In this document: piece after piece, positions 9,289-20,152 of the stretch | Numbering within the stretch: position 1 is the stretch's first letter | Layout: each line of letters opens with the position of its first letter | DNA from: a virus | Length of the DNA stretch: 64,000 bases | Direction: 5' to 3' (one strand) | Virus record (IMG/VR): IMGVR_UViG_3300009079_000013 | The notes under the pieces: generated by a model | Told to the model about the DNA's origin: nothing | The model's input: only the letters and a program-made list of their open reading frames with translations | Database searches by the model: none | Position numbers and translations under genes: made by a program

Positions 9289-10055
9289 GGAGTTATCTTA
9301 GTAGATTTAGATAAAAAAGTTTGTTGCAGCTGTGTTATTGAAGCAACTGTTGCTCCAGGAGTTGGAGGCCATTTTGAATCTATTACGCCGGCTAAAGTAG
9401 TTAATGCAGTAGATAGGGAAGTTCCTAAAACAGCAGGTTGAGCTAGCGGTTTATTTGGACCAACAACCACGTTATTTCCATTTACATGTATGTCGTTAGA
9501 GTTAAGTTCTATTTTACTAGTAGATGTAGCTATTATCTTACTATCAGCTGTTATGTTTATTTCAGTTCCTTTTAGTTCTATCACTGACTGTGTTTCAGCG
9601 TGTTCTATGGTAATTGTTTTATCTTGGCCAATATTTAACCTAGAACCCTTTAGTTGCATGGTTATACCTTTCTCTTTAGTAAACCAAAATTTCAATTCTT
9701 CATCTCCATCAAAAAGTAAAAAGTGAGAACCGTGATATTCTCCTTCTTTTTGAAGCTCTTCCTTAATATCATCTGCGAGCTCCTGTATTGCATAATATTC
9801 AGGTGAATATATATTTCCATTATCGAACCTAATCGCTACAACAGAGCCGTCCTTAGGTATAGATACCGATCCTGCTTTTCCATCTTTTCCAAAATACAGT
9901 GGTTTTTGTTTTGGATATGACCATGGTAAATCTTCTATAGGTATTGCTTCTCCATGTATTCCAAATACTCTAACTTTACATCTACCTTCAAAATTAGGGT
10001 CTCTTGAATCTTCAACCGTTCCTAGAAATTGTTTATCTATTAAGTTACTTTCCAT
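9285..10055 (-). CDS. Baseplate spike, T4 gp5/GpV-like (OB-fold N-terminus, beta-helix C-terminus)
   Basis: GTVEDSRDPNFEGRCKVRVFGIH...LPW...SIPKDGSVV. Confidence 0.85.
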   Translation of the reverse strand: MESNLIDKQFLGTVEDSRDPNFEGRCKVRVFGIHGEAIPIEDLPWSYPKQKPLYFGKDGKAGSVSIPKDGSVVAIRFDNGNIYSPEYYAIQELADDIKEELQKEGEYHGSHFLLFDGDEELKFWFTKEKGITMQLKGSRLNIGQDKTITIEHAETQSVIELKGTEINITADSKIIATSTSKIELNSNDIHVNGNNVVVGPNKPLAQPAVLGTSLSTALTTLAGVIDSKWPPTPGATVASITQLQQTFLSKSTKITP

Positions 10056-10076
10056 GTTTATATTTTACAATTTCTT

Positions 10077-11204
10077 TTAAAGAGGTTTTTTAGGAACTGC
10101 AGTATTTCTAGGCGCAGTTCTTCCTTCTTGCGATTCATAACCTACTACATTTGTTATTCCTAAATTACCTTGATCTACTAATTGGCTTAATTCACTTATA
10201 CCTTGACTGATTAGTTTATTTGGAGTGTTTAAAACTGATGAAATTCCTTCAGATGCTTTTCCACCAATAGTGCTTGCTTTATTTCCAATTATAGGTAATC
10301 CTGTTAAAAATCCTCCTAATGAATCTAAATTTGCTCCAAGACCCGCTTTATCCCATGTGTTGCTTCCTCTTGTTTTAGCCGATGTTGCGTCATCATAAGT
10401 AGCACTTCCTGATGAGTAGTGGTTTTCTTCTTCCATCCATCCTATTTTTATCTTAAATTGATTTGCTTCCGGTTGCTTATTTCCGCCAATAGACATTGAA
10501 GGTCCTCCCGGAAATGAATCTGAAAAATCAAATTCACATTGTCTACATTTCATTTTAACATAACCAAAGTTATCTAATACATTTCCTAGGTTATTACCTG
10601 CTCCTAGTGCTCCCGCTAAATTAGGGCCTCCGATATTTATTCCGGCTCCTAGGTTAACTAAAGAAGGTAATACGTTTCTTAAGTTTCTAAATTCAGCTAC
10701 CCATATATCCATTGAGAACCATCTTAGATTATCTGGAACTCGTTCTCTCATATATTGTTTATCATATACTGCATTTCTATATAAATCAGCTAATTCTGTC
10801 ATTCTTAAATCAACTGCTTCTAGTGTTTTTACAGTTATTTCACCTCCTTTCATAGGTTCTGCCATATTAGTAGCTTTTTGCCAAAGTGCATTTAAACCTA
10901 CCACTTCTTGAAAATACCATGGAGTATCGTCCCTTAAATACTTTAATAATTTAGAAAAAATAGATAGTTGATTAGCTTTGTCAGTATGACCTCTCTGTAT
11001 CAAATAATTTATTGCGCTTTGACTTTTACCCTCAGCAACATTGAATAGTGGACTTATCGCTAAAAAGTCATCGTTTCTATACATATCATCAAAGGTAAAG
11101 TCTAAAGAAAAAGTTAAGTAAGTAGGTTCATCAAATTGATCTCTAACTATTCCCTTTCTGAAATTACTAAGGTGTCTTTCCGTATTTAAAAAATTTACTG
11201 GCAT
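10077..11204 (-). CDS. Putative baseplate/tail-tube-associated structural protein
   Basis: Inside the baseplate operon; no diagnostic motif recognised. Confidence 0.4.
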   Translation of the reverse strand: MPVNFLNTERHLSNFRKGIVRDQFDEPTYLTFSLDFTFDDMYRNDDFLAISPLFNVAEGKSQSAINYLIQRGHTDKANQLSIFSKLLKYLRDDTPWYFQEVVGLNALWQKATNMAEPMKGGEITVKTLEAVDLRMTELADLYRNAVYDKQYMRERVPDNLRWFSMDIWVAEFRNLRNVLPSLVNLGAGINIGGPNLAGALGAGNNLGNVLDNFGYVKMKCRQCEFDFSDSFPGGPSMSIGGNKQPEANQFKIKIGWMEEENHYSSGSATYDDATSAKTRGSNTWDKAGLGANLDSLGGFLTGLPIIGNKASTIGGKASEGISSVLNTPNKLISQGISELSQLVDQGNLGITNVVGYESQEGRTAPRNTAVPKKPL

Positions 11205-11214
11205 ATATTAATAT

Positions 11215-12660
11215 TTATTTCGTAGGATTTGGAATCCAATCTCTTTTAGATAGCAACAACTCTGTTTTAAAACTTCCACCTTTTTCATAAGTATGTTTAT
11301 TTCCTATTGAGTAATATATACCTGATAAAAACTCATTGTATAATGAGCCTTTCATAGTTTGCGTAGGTTCTTGTTCATTTTGCGTAGGATCCCATGATTT
11401 TGAATATTCTTGATCTACGTCTGTTTCATATATACCTACGGGAACTCGCATTCCTCTGGTGGTATTATAATTTACACCGTCGGTTATCGTCTTTAATTTT
11501 ATTTTATTTAATTCTGATATGTTGTGAGAATTAATAGCGTCTGCGGCTACAAAATTTTTGTGAGTATTTGGATATTGTATATTAATCCATTCTCTAGATT
11601 CTGTATTTTTTAAACTTTCATTAATTGGAGAAAGGTCTCTTTTTCTACCCTTTGTTATGTTAGATTCTATAGGTTTAACATAAAAATCAACTAACTTATC
11701 CATAGGATCCTCCTCTTGTAATGTAGTATCGTAATAATATACTCTTTTTTTAAAACCTTCGTTTACTAATATTTCCCCATTTTCAGTAATCAAATGTCTT
11801 TCCTTTATATTATTAATACCTTCTGTTATTCTAGGATTTTCTATAAGTCCCATGGGAACAGCTTCTACTTGTTTTTCCGCTTCAGCTTGTAATTTTTGAG
11901 ATATGTTATAACTCTGGCCACCGGCAAATATAGTGTTATCAAATTCTCCATCCTGTTCTAGTTGTATGTTTGCTTCTACATAATTTAAATGATAATACTT
12001 ATCTATAAATACGTGAAAAAAGGATTGATCATTCTGGTAAGAATGTTTTGCTACATGTTTAATAAATTTTTCAGAGTTCCAATTTGGATTGATCCAATTC
12101 ATAACATCATTAGGAGTTGTTTCGTTAGATTGAAAGCCTAATCCTAATTCTTCACATACTTGATATAGACAATCTTTTGAAGTAAGGTTGCTATAACTTC
12201 TAGATACGTTTGTATATATTTCAGGTATAAATAATTCACCTTTTATTATCTTAGTTTCATTACCTTTAATACTAGTTATAATGTAGTCATTTCTAATAGG
12301 CTTCATTTTTTCATGAGTAGACTTTACATATAAACTTAGTATTGGGTTTTTATTAGGAAATTGAACAGGGGAAAACCAACCTTTACTATCTTCATACACT
12401 AAAGTTATTTTTGGTAAAAAACCAGTTTCGTCTATTACAAGAGTATCTATGTCTTCAGAATCTACGTTAAAGTCGTTTATTTGAATAAACGGTTTATTAT
12501 TACCAGTTGATTCCTTGTTACTTGCTGTAGTGTCATTTTTGTTTCGTTTGATGTGTTTTCCACTAGGAGCGCTTCCTTCATCGCTGTCGTTCCACATCGC
12601 CATTTCTTTTAATGGAATATTTGGACTAAGTGCAGATTTTAAAACGTGTTTAAACCCCAT
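11215..12660 (-). CDS. Baseplate hub protein (gp27/GpD-like)
   Basis: C-terminal FLSGIYYSIGNKHTY...TELLLSKRDW; lies between gp53-like and gp5-like genes. Confidence 0.6.
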   Translation of the reverse strand: MGFKHVLKSALSPNIPLKEMAMWNDSDEGSAPSGKHIKRNKNDTTASNKESTGNNKPFIQINDFNVDSEDIDTLVIDETGFLPKITLVYEDSKGWFSPVQFPNKNPILSLYVKSTHEKMKPIRNDYIITSIKGNETKIIKGELFIPEIYTNVSRSYSNLTSKDCLYQVCEELGLGFQSNETTPNDVMNWINPNWNSEKFIKHVAKHSYQNDQSFFHVFIDKYYHLNYVEANIQLEQDGEFDNTIFAGGQSYNISQKLQAEAEKQVEAVPMGLIENPRITEGINNIKERHLITENGEILVNEGFKKRVYYYDTTLQEEDPMDKLVDFYVKPIESNITKGRKRDLSPINESLKNTESREWINIQYPNTHKNFVAADAINSHNISELNKIKLKTITDGVNYNTTRGMRVPVGIYETDVDQEYSKSWDPTQNEQEPTQTMKGSLYNEFLSGIYYSIGNKHTYEKGGSFKTELLLSKRDWIPNPTK

Positions 12661-13259
12661 TATCCAAATAGGTTATTTTTAATTAGTGCTTTTTTAAGAT
12701 TTGCTCTGGATATTGGTTCTGGACATTCATTTCTATTTATAGAAGTTACGTCTTCTCCAAATATTATTTTTCCATCTTTTATCTTTATATTTTTATCACC
12801 TTTTCTGTTTACATTACTCGGTAATACTTCTCCACCTCTATTTTGCTTTTTAAGTAGTTCAAGTCTTTTCTTATCCTGATTATTTTTTGGATTTATAAAA
12901 ATAGATTCTACTTCTGTTATTTCTACATTACCTATATCTTCTATCCTACTAGGTGCCTTTATTATATCGTTTAAATCATCAATTGCAGGTACATATAATA
13001 TCTGACCTTCATATAAAGAAAAAGGGTTAGATACGCTATTATATTTTAAGAGTACATCTAACATACCTTGATCATTATATAAAGCAACAGCGGCGAGGTC
13101 AGGTCTCATCACAGTATCTTTATCTACTATAAAGGTTCTAGATGATCTAAGCGCACTTTTTTTATTAGCATCTATTGAGCTTCTAGTCAAGTCTGGGAAA
13201 ACGTCTCCGTTTTTCTTTTTGCTGCTGTATTTGTTTATTAAGGTCCGTAATATTATCAT
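12660..13259 (-). CDS. Baseplate wedge protein, gp53/LysM-like
   Basis: RPDLAAVALY...LLKYNSVSNPFSLYEGQILYVP. Confidence 0.75.
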   Translation of the reverse strand: MIILRTLINKYSSKKKNGDVFPDLTRSSIDANKKSALRSSRTFIVDKDTVMRPDLAAVALYNDQGMLDVLLKYNSVSNPFSLYEGQILYVPAIDDLNDIIKAPSRIEDIGNVEITEVESIFINPKNNQDKKRLELLKKQNRGGEVLPSNVNRKGDKNIKIKDGKIIFGEDVTSINRNECPEPISRANLKKALIKNNLFG

Positions 13260-13261
13260 TA

Positions 13262-15277
13262 TTAAGTTGCTGTTTTTGATATGTAGTCTTCTAACATAGA
13301 CGAAGCTCCATATACTTTACCATAATGTGTAGTAACCCTGCCTCTATATATGTTTATTCCATCTCCTGCTACTGAATCATCTACATCCGATTGCTTAGCA
13401 GTTGTGTTAATTTCATCCATGTTTGCTATATTACCTGCTCCTGATTCACCGGAAACCCCTCCGGCTTGTCTTTTACCTTTACCCAAGTCTTTGGGTTCTG
13501 TTGCAAATGTATTTTTAGTAGAAGAAGGAGGTTTAAGTTTACTAAATGACATTGGGCCTCCGCCTAAATTAAACATACTTTCTATGTCTTGTTTTGCTCT
13601 AGGTCTTCCGTGTTGAAGGGTTACTGTAAAATCAACTGATTTTGGAAAATCATCAGCTCCAAGTTCATTACTAAACTTCATATCACAATTAGTACATACT
13701 AGATTACCCATTACTGCCATTGGATCTAATGGATTTCCTATAGTCATATGCCATTCCCCAACAGGTCGTCCTTCTAACAAAGACCTATAACTCAAAGGAG
13801 CTTGCATTAGCGCAGAGGCCCTTCCAGCTGCAAGTACGTTGAAAATTGCTTTTCCTTGTTTTGTAATTTTTCCACTTGCGTCTCTTAATTTAAGATCAGC
13901 GTCATCTGCTTCACTTTTTGTTCCACCAGTTTCTGCTTCAAAAACATTTGCTACTTGATTTAGTAATTGTTTAGTTGCTCCGGTTGCTGTTTTTAGCCAT
14001 TCATTTAAAGTCAATGCTATACCCTCAATTACCCTACCTTGTTCTATTAATTCACTACCTGCACTGGAAATAGTTACACCTGGATTTTTAAAGTAACGAT
14101 ATCCACCTCCCCAAAAAGGAGCAGTATTATATGTAAGAGTCAATATATTACTTAACATATCAAGAAATGCTATCCTGGGATTAATAAAATTAAAAGATCT
14201 AAGAGTATAACTAAATTTAACCTTTATGGTTGTGTTAAACATACTACTTCCCATTCCCCTATCTCTCATTCTATTTTTATTGATAACGTTAACTGGTCCA
14301 AGTACCCTGTTCCAATAAGGACCGTCGCTTTTATACGCGCCTTTAATATAATCTTGTAATTTCTTATCATATCCAGCAACTTCAAGAGCTCCTAGATTTC
14401 CCCTTTGACTAGCAACCCCTGCTCTAATACTTTTTTGAATAGTTTCGTCTTCTACTCCGGCTCCTGCTATTACATCATCTACTAGGATTTCATTTCCCGT
14501 AATGTCTTGTACATTAGCTTCTTTTTCTATCCATTTCATATCCCATCCCATAGGTAAAATAGTATTTATGTCGTTACCGGTACCTTCTCCGTAATATGCA
14601 AGAGCTTGTGCTAATGGAACTTTAATCTCATCACTTGTCCCGTTTGGATTTATTAAACTATCTTCCACAGGCTGTGGATATCTCCTAAGAGCAACTAATC
14701 TGTTATTAGGTATTTTACCGTAATGTGTACAAAATATAAAGTCGTTATACGCAAAAGGAGTGGGTCCAAGAATATTGGAATTATCTATATTCCTAGAATG
14801 TTCTATTATTTGAGCAGCTGTTGGGTTTCTTACTGTTTTTTGATATTCCCCAGCTGAAATAGGCTGTAGATCATCTTCTTTATTAATAGGTACATTGCTA
14901 ATGTAATTAAAGGCCTGATTAAATATATTTCCCTCCTTGGCCTTAGTTAATCCTTCACTTGCTCCGTAAAGGTTAGTATCAGAATGCTTTTTTAAGTCAT
15001 ATGCGCCTTGCGCTAGTCCAAATTGTCTATATCTAAAAACATTAAACGGATTAAATCTTGAAGGCGCTGCTTTTATTGATTCTCCCTCAGTATTGCCTAT
15101 TACACCTGCACTTTCTGTAGATAACTCTTCTTCTTGCATTAAGAGTAAACTATCACCGGCTGTTCCGTTTCCTCCGGTTCTAAATTTATCAAAAGATTTC
15201 CCTCCTAAAATATTCTTAGACATTAGATTGCCTATATCTGAGTCTTTTCCTATATTTAAACCTGGAAATTTTGCCAT
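13262..15277 (-). CDS. Putative baseplate/tail structural protein
   Basis: First gene of the baseplate operon; IGNPLDP...GADDFP...VTLQHGRPR segment resembles tube-initiator-like proteins. Confidence 0.45.
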   Translation of the reverse strand: MAKFPGLNIGKDSDIGNLMSKNILGGKSFDKFRTGGNGTAGDSLLLMQEEELSTESAGVIGNTEGESIKAAPSRFNPFNVFRYRQFGLAQGAYDLKKHSDTNLYGASEGLTKAKEGNIFNQAFNYISNVPINKEDDLQPISAGEYQKTVRNPTAAQIIEHSRNIDNSNILGPTPFAYNDFIFCTHYGKIPNNRLVALRRYPQPVEDSLINPNGTSDEIKVPLAQALAYYGEGTGNDINTILPMGWDMKWIEKEANVQDITGNEILVDDVIAGAGVEDETIQKSIRAGVASQRGNLGALEVAGYDKKLQDYIKGAYKSDGPYWNRVLGPVNVINKNRMRDRGMGSSMFNTTIKVKFSYTLRSFNFINPRIAFLDMLSNILTLTYNTAPFWGGGYRYFKNPGVTISSAGSELIEQGRVIEGIALTLNEWLKTATGATKQLLNQVANVFEAETGGTKSEADDADLKLRDASGKITKQGKAIFNVLAAGRASALMQAPLSYRSLLEGRPVGEWHMTIGNPLDPMAVMGNLVCTNCDMKFSNELGADDFPKSVDFTVTLQHGRPRAKQDIESMFNLGGGPMSFSKLKPPSSTKNTFATEPKDLGKGKRQAGGVSGESGAGNIANMDEINTTAKQSDVDDSVAGDGINIYRGRVTTHYGKVYGASSMLEDYISKTAT

Positions 15278-15336
15278 GTGTCTAGTATCTTTTTATTATA
15301 TATCTAACAAAAAAATATAGATAGAGTTTTTATAGT

Positions 15337-15762
15337 TTACATTCTATATTTTTCGTCTATCGTTATCTGATCTCTTGTTTTATTTAGTAGTTGTCCTATT
15401 GAAGAATCACCACCTGGTCTAACTACTGTGTATGTAACAGAATTATTATTTGGCATATCTACTACTCTACCCATTGACTTAAATTGAGGACAGCTCTGGT
15501 TAACGTTTCTAACCATGTCTCCTATAGAAATATCTTGGTTAAGGCTACAATCGCAGTTTCCATTTTGTTCATTGCAGTTTCCACAATTTCCTTTGCATCC
15601 ACATTCTTCTGGAAATCTAGAACAACTAGGGCAAGTGTCCTGTTTTACAGGTAAAGAATTTGCTATTTTGCTAAATATCTCTAACGGTGCTATTTCAGCT
15701 TTTGTTTCTTCTCCATTATATCCGCAATTTTCTTTTAAGTAATCTGTGTAACCTTTAACCAT
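15337..15762 (-). CDS. Cys-rich hypothetical protein with CTS-like leader
   Basis: MVKGYTDYLKE leader; CxxC...CxC...CxxC...CxC cluster. Confidence 0.5.
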   Translation of the reverse strand: MVKGYTDYLKENCGYNGEETKAEIAPLEIFSKIANSLPVKQDTCPSCSRFPEECGCKGNCGNCNEQNGNCDCSLNQDISIGDMVRNVNQSCPQFKSMGRVVDMPNNNSVTYTVVRPGGDSSIGQLLNKTRDQITIDEKYRM

Positions 15763-15771
15763 GTTTAATTA

Positions 15772-16029
15772 TTATTTTTTAACTTCAGTTTCTATATCTT
15801 TAACAGGTTCGCTTTTCTTAAAAATAGCCTTGGCTGTTGATACTCCTAGCATTGTTCCTGAATAAATCAGCATAGTGTTAAATAAAGCTTCGTTAACTGT
15901 AAACCAGTGAAATCCGTCTCCTACAAATGCAAGGCATACTAATATTCCTGAAATTATGCCTAATGTTTTTTTTGATGAATATTTTCCATCGTTTTTGTCT
16001 TCTGTAAAAATATCTTTAATATATCTCAT
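15772..16029 (-). CDS. Small two-TM membrane protein (holin-like)
   Basis: 85 aa, two hydrophobic segments, charged C-terminus. Confidence 0.5.
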   Translation of the reverse strand: MRYIKDIFTEDKNDGKYSSKKTLGIISGILVCLAFVGDGFHWFTVNEALFNTMLIYSGTMLGVSTAKAIFKKSEPVKDIETEVKK

Positions 16030-16031
16030 AT

Positions 16032-17711
16032 CTAGTATTTATTTTTATTTATAAAATCGTTAAATGATATAATTGAACTAGACCTCTTATTAGCCTTTTT
16101 CTTTTTCTTTTTTCTCTTACTTTTCTTTTTAACTTTACCTGGGCCAAGTTTAGAAAAAGTATCCATTCCCCCTGCTACGGATTGTGGTGTATCAAATATT
16201 GCTCCAGGTTGATTAGCTCCTCCTGAATCCATGGGTGCTAACATATCTTCTTTTAATTCTAAATTTAAAGCATTTCCTACTTTCCTAGCTGCTAAGTCTG
16301 TTTTATTCCTAGCCTTATCTCCTCCTACAGCTCCCGCTATAGATTTAGAAACATTAGTAATAGCTTGAAGTATAGCTCTATTTTGCATTTTATTTGCTTT
16401 AGCCATTCCTTGATCTACGTAACTCTTTTGCCACCCAAGCAATCCTCCTAAGTTACCTAAAGCCGCTTTAAATTTACTAAATTTAGAATTAGCAACAATG
16501 TCTTCATTAGTTATAGGAATATTTACAGTTTTATATAATGGAATCTTAATCTCTCTTTTAATTTTTAGACCTGCAAAGTCCGTCATGTTAATTTTTCTAG
16601 AAAGATTTTTATTTCTAATATAAGCGGCTTTATCTACATATAGACTATTTACCAATCTCTTTAGCTTATCTCTATCTCTTTTTGTAGAAATATAAGAATC
16701 TATCATGTAATCTAAAAAATAACGTATTGTTTCTAAGTATGATATTTGATACTTAACATCTGCATTTTCTTTATCTAAAAATATGTTGTCTTCTCCTAGG
16801 TTTATTGCTCTTCTTTGTATTATATTAAGCAAAGCATCTTTATAAGAAGATTGTATATTTAAAATATTATTATAAAATCCTCCGGTTTTTATAATCAAAC
16901 CGTCTCTTAATTCAGGTATGTTTGAAGATTTTAACCTAGTTATAGTATCTTTTATAAACGATCTTTGATTTTTTGTTTCCTTTGGTTTTGTTGAATCTTC
17001 CTTTACCTTTATTTTTTCTATTTGATCTTTTACAGTTGTTTCTTTTCCACCAATATTTATGTTAATTATGGAAATTCCACTTTCTTCAAAAGTGTTATTG
17101 ATATCGTCTATGATTAAATCAGCATCGTCGTCCTTATCTACTTTTTTATTTAAATGATCAATTACCTTTTTTGCTAATTTTTTATACGATTCTATAACTT
17201 TACTAAAAACTTTGTCGCTTTTAGACAATTCTTTTATTTTATCCTTTTCTTCAGGATTCATCTCGGAATTTAATTTATAAATCTCAACTAATTTATTAGC
17301 TCTATCTAATTCTAGATTTAAATCAGTCGCTGCTCTTATAAAATCATTATTAGACTTTTCTCTTTCTTTATCTGTGTTGGAATATAAGTTTTTAGATATC
17401 TTATTAAGATTTTTACTTATATTGTTTATTTTGCTTGATTTTTTATTTTTATAATCTGAAAAACTTTTTAATTTACCTGAATCTGAAAATAATTTAATTA
17501 CATCTCCTACATCTGTTTCTTCTTTTCTATTTAATATTTCATATGTAATATCGTCAAGTATAGAATCTATAATAGATTCATCTTCTACCCCTCCTATTTC
17601 ATCAGTTAATCTTTTACTTATAGACTTGATATCTGTGCCTATATCTTCTTGAGTAGACTCTAAAATCTTTTTTGAAAAATTAAATCCCTTTATTTTATCT
17701 ATGAAATTCAT
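16032..17711 (-). CDS. Hypothetical protein, basic C-terminus
   Basis: 559-aa ORF co-oriented with neighbours. Confidence 0.6.
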   Translation of the reverse strand: MNFIDKIKGFNFSKKILESTQEDIGTDIKSISKRLTDEIGGVEDESIIDSILDDITYEILNRKEETDVGDVIKLFSDSGKLKSFSDYKNKKSSKINNISKNLNKISKNLYSNTDKEREKSNNDFIRAATDLNLELDRANKLVEIYKLNSEMNPEEKDKIKELSKSDKVFSKVIESYKKLAKKVIDHLNKKVDKDDDADLIIDDINNTFEESGISIININIGGKETTVKDQIEKIKVKEDSTKPKETKNQRSFIKDTITRLKSSNIPELRDGLIIKTGGFYNNILNIQSSYKDALLNIIQRRAINLGEDNIFLDKENADVKYQISYLETIRYFLDYMIDSYISTKRDRDKLKRLVNSLYVDKAAYIRNKNLSRKINMTDFAGLKIKREIKIPLYKTVNIPITNEDIVANSKFSKFKAALGNLGGLLGWQKSYVDQGMAKANKMQNRAILQAITNVSKSIAGAVGGDKARNKTDLAARKVGNALNLELKEDMLAPMDSGGANQPGAIFDTPQSVAGGMDTFSKLGPGKVKKKSKRKKKKKKANKRSSSIISFNDFINKNKY

Positions 17712-17719
17712 TTTCTTTA

Positions 17720-18229
17720 TTATTTTTCTACTCTTGGAAACATTTGATCCATTATTTGATAGATAGCATCTAAAACTCCATATGAATCTATTCCAACTTT
17801 ACCAGAATATTTATTTACTAATTCGGATAAATCTTTTTCTAGAGATTGCATGTTTAATTGTTCAGGTTTTTCATCACTCCACCAATTTTCTCCCTTATCT
17901 TCCGCTTCTATATTACTGAGTAAATCATCTGTCCATTCATCTTCATTTACATCATTGAACTTGTTATAATCTATTACCACGGTTTCTTGATTATTTTTAT
18001 CAAAAGATTCTGAAACACCTCCTAATTTATCATATTGCTCGAAGTTCATGACCCACATGTTTCTGGATTTATTTTTTTGCATATATCCATATATGGAATC
18101 GTCAGTATCGTCTGGGTGTTGAAGAACAGCGTTCTTTAGTTTTTCGGGTTTTCCTTTACCCATTCTATAATCAAAATATTTCTTATAGTTTTTCTGACTG
18201 CTGTTTTGTTTCTTTGCTTTCTGGTTCAT
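17720..18229 (-). CDS. Hypothetical protein
   Basis: 169-aa ORF in the operon. Confidence 0.55.
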   Translation of the reverse strand: MNQKAKKQNSSQKNYKKYFDYRMGKGKPEKLKNAVLQHPDDTDDSIYGYMQKNKSRNMWVMNFEQYDKLGGVSESFDKNNQETVVIDYNKFNDVNEDEWTDDLLSNIEAEDKGENWWSDEKPEQLNMQSLEKDLSELVNKYSGKVGIDSYGVLDAIYQIMDQMFPRVEK

Positions 18230-20123
18230 CTTCTGAGTTAGATTTTTCGTTTATATTATTTATCTCAGAATCATCGGGTAATTTGTCTAAGTTAGATTCG
18301 TTAAGTTGATCCATCTCCTTTTTTAAATTATAGAAGTCAGACACTACTGAATCTGGAACAAGCCTCTTAAACTCAGCATAGTTTTCATCTTTTATACTAT
18401 CTCTTAACTCAGATGAGGATTGGTATTTAGGTATCTCAACTAACTTGAAATCTTTGTTTAAATCTAGAGATACATCTCTTTTCTTTAAATATCCAAGTTG
18501 TATAGCGTACCTATTTAATCTATTTTTGTTAGTTCCCCATAGTACTGGAATATACGAAGGTTTTAAAGAACCTATTATTTCTTCTATTCCTCCTCCTTTG
18601 ACGATAATTGCTTTCTCTATAAAACTTCCATATTCCTGTTCTACGTTGTTTAGCATTTTCCTAACAAGTTGTTCTGAAAAAGGATTGTTATTGTTTTTTT
18701 CTTTTTTGATAGTTGACACTAGAATAACAGGAAAGTTATTTTTAGATTTTAATTTTTCAGCTGCTTTGATATGACCTAAGTGTATGGGTTGAAAATCTCC
18801 TATTAATAAGTTTACTTTCTTTGGTTTTTGAATAGATCTTTTTTCTTTTGAAAAACCCTGTATTGTCATTGGTTCAAATTCTCCAGATTCCCCTACATAT
18901 TCATTAAATGTTGGAAAAAATCCTTCAAATACCTTTTCCTTTAATAGTATCTTTTTTATCTTGTCAACCTGCAAATTTAATTGATTTATTAAATTACTGT
19001 CAAATAAATTAGAGTTAACTTTTTTTCTTTTCTTTCTAAAAAAGTTTAATAATATCTTATAAATTTCTTTATAAGTATCACTTTCCTTTATTAAATCTAT
19101 GATGTATGGATCTTTTACCATATCCATGTTTAAATCAAATTCTTCAGCGTCTAAAAAATCAGGCTTATTCAATTCTAAACCTTCATACTTATTTTTATAT
19201 TCTTCTATAAAGTCTCTATATACCTTGTTTATGAATTTTACATATCTTTCTTGAAAAGAATCTCCTGTTATTTTCCACTTACTAATTGTCTTTAAATCAT
19301 ATAATTCTATAAAATTCATGAGATCTATTACAATTAACCATATATAATCTTGAGATTTATTATCTTCACGCTTAACTTCTTCTTTTTCCATTTTATTCTG
19401 AAAAATAGGGTCTATTAATTTTGCTAAGAATGATTTAGAACTAGGATTTTCTCTATCGCCTTCGTAAAATCTAAATACTAATCCATTTATATCTCTTATT
19501 ATACTATTTTCTAAAAAGCTTTCTCGAAAATCGCTATTCAAGATAGATATTATATGCTTTATAAAAGATTTTGTTTTAAATTTTTCTATTAAGTCTTCTT
19601 TAGGACAATATATAAAGTCCATTATCTCTACCTTTTGATCATCATTTAAATTTCCTTCAAATACTATGGTTGGTCCATCTATTTCTAAAAAACTTGCCCA
19701 TTCGTCAAGTATACCTTTGTCCTGTATAGTCTTTACTACTCTTCCTTCTTCATCTAATTCATGAATAAAATTAAGTAAAAGTCCGTTTTTAGGAAGCCTT
19801 CCATAATCGTTTAAATTAACAGACGTGTTTGAGATGTATTCCATACCAAAATACATATTAGAAGGAATCCTATTTGTTTTATCTCCCAAGTTACTTATAT
19901 GAGATATAGGATCGTTATAAAATCTAGATAAAACCCTATCGATATATCCTATTTCATTTTTCTTATTAAAAAATTTAAGTTCATCAGTAGCTTGATCCTT
20001 TTTAAATCCTAAGAAGCTACCGTTTACTTTCTCATTGACTATAAGATATTCATTAAATAGTTTATTTAAGAAGTCATTTCCCATTTTATCGTAAACTTCT
20101 TTTAGATGCCTTAGTCCTGCCAT
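18183..20123 (-). CDS. Fusion: N-terminal RNA-ligase-like nucleotidyltransferase plus C-terminal HIGH-family cytidylyl/adenylyltransferase
   Basis: EKVNGS (motif I-like), GLVFRF (IV), AKLID (V); GDFQPIHLGH and SSSELR in the C-domain. Confidence 0.6.
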   Translation of the reverse strand: MAGLRHLKEVYDKMGNDFLNKLFNEYLIVNEKVNGSFLGFKKDQATDELKFFNKKNEIGYIDRVLSRFYNDPISHISNLGDKTNRIPSNMYFGMEYISNTSVNLNDYGRLPKNGLLLNFIHELDEEGRVVKTIQDKGILDEWASFLEIDGPTIVFEGNLNDDQKVEIMDFIYCPKEDLIEKFKTKSFIKHIISILNSDFRESFLENSIIRDINGLVFRFYEGDRENPSSKSFLAKLIDPIFQNKMEKEEVKREDNKSQDYIWLIVIDLMNFIELYDLKTISKWKITGDSFQERYVKFINKVYRDFIEEYKNKYEGLELNKPDFLDAEEFDLNMDMVKDPYIIDLIKESDTYKEIYKILLNFFRKKRKKVNSNLFDSNLINQLNLQVDKIKKILLKEKVFEGFFPTFNEYVGESGEFEPMTIQGFSKEKRSIQKPKKVNLLIGDFQPIHLGHIKAAEKLKSKNNFPVILVSTIKKEKNNNNPFSEQLVRKMLNNVEQEYGSFIEKAIIVKGGGIEEIIGSLKPSYIPVLWGTNKNRLNRYAIQLGYLKKRDVSLDLNKDFKLVEIPKYQSSSELRDSIKDENYAEFKRLVPDSVVSDFYNLKKEMDQLNESNLDKLPDDSEINNINEKSNSEDEPESKETKQQSEKL

Positions 20124-20152
20124 AATATATTATTGGTTGTTTATAGATTTAT

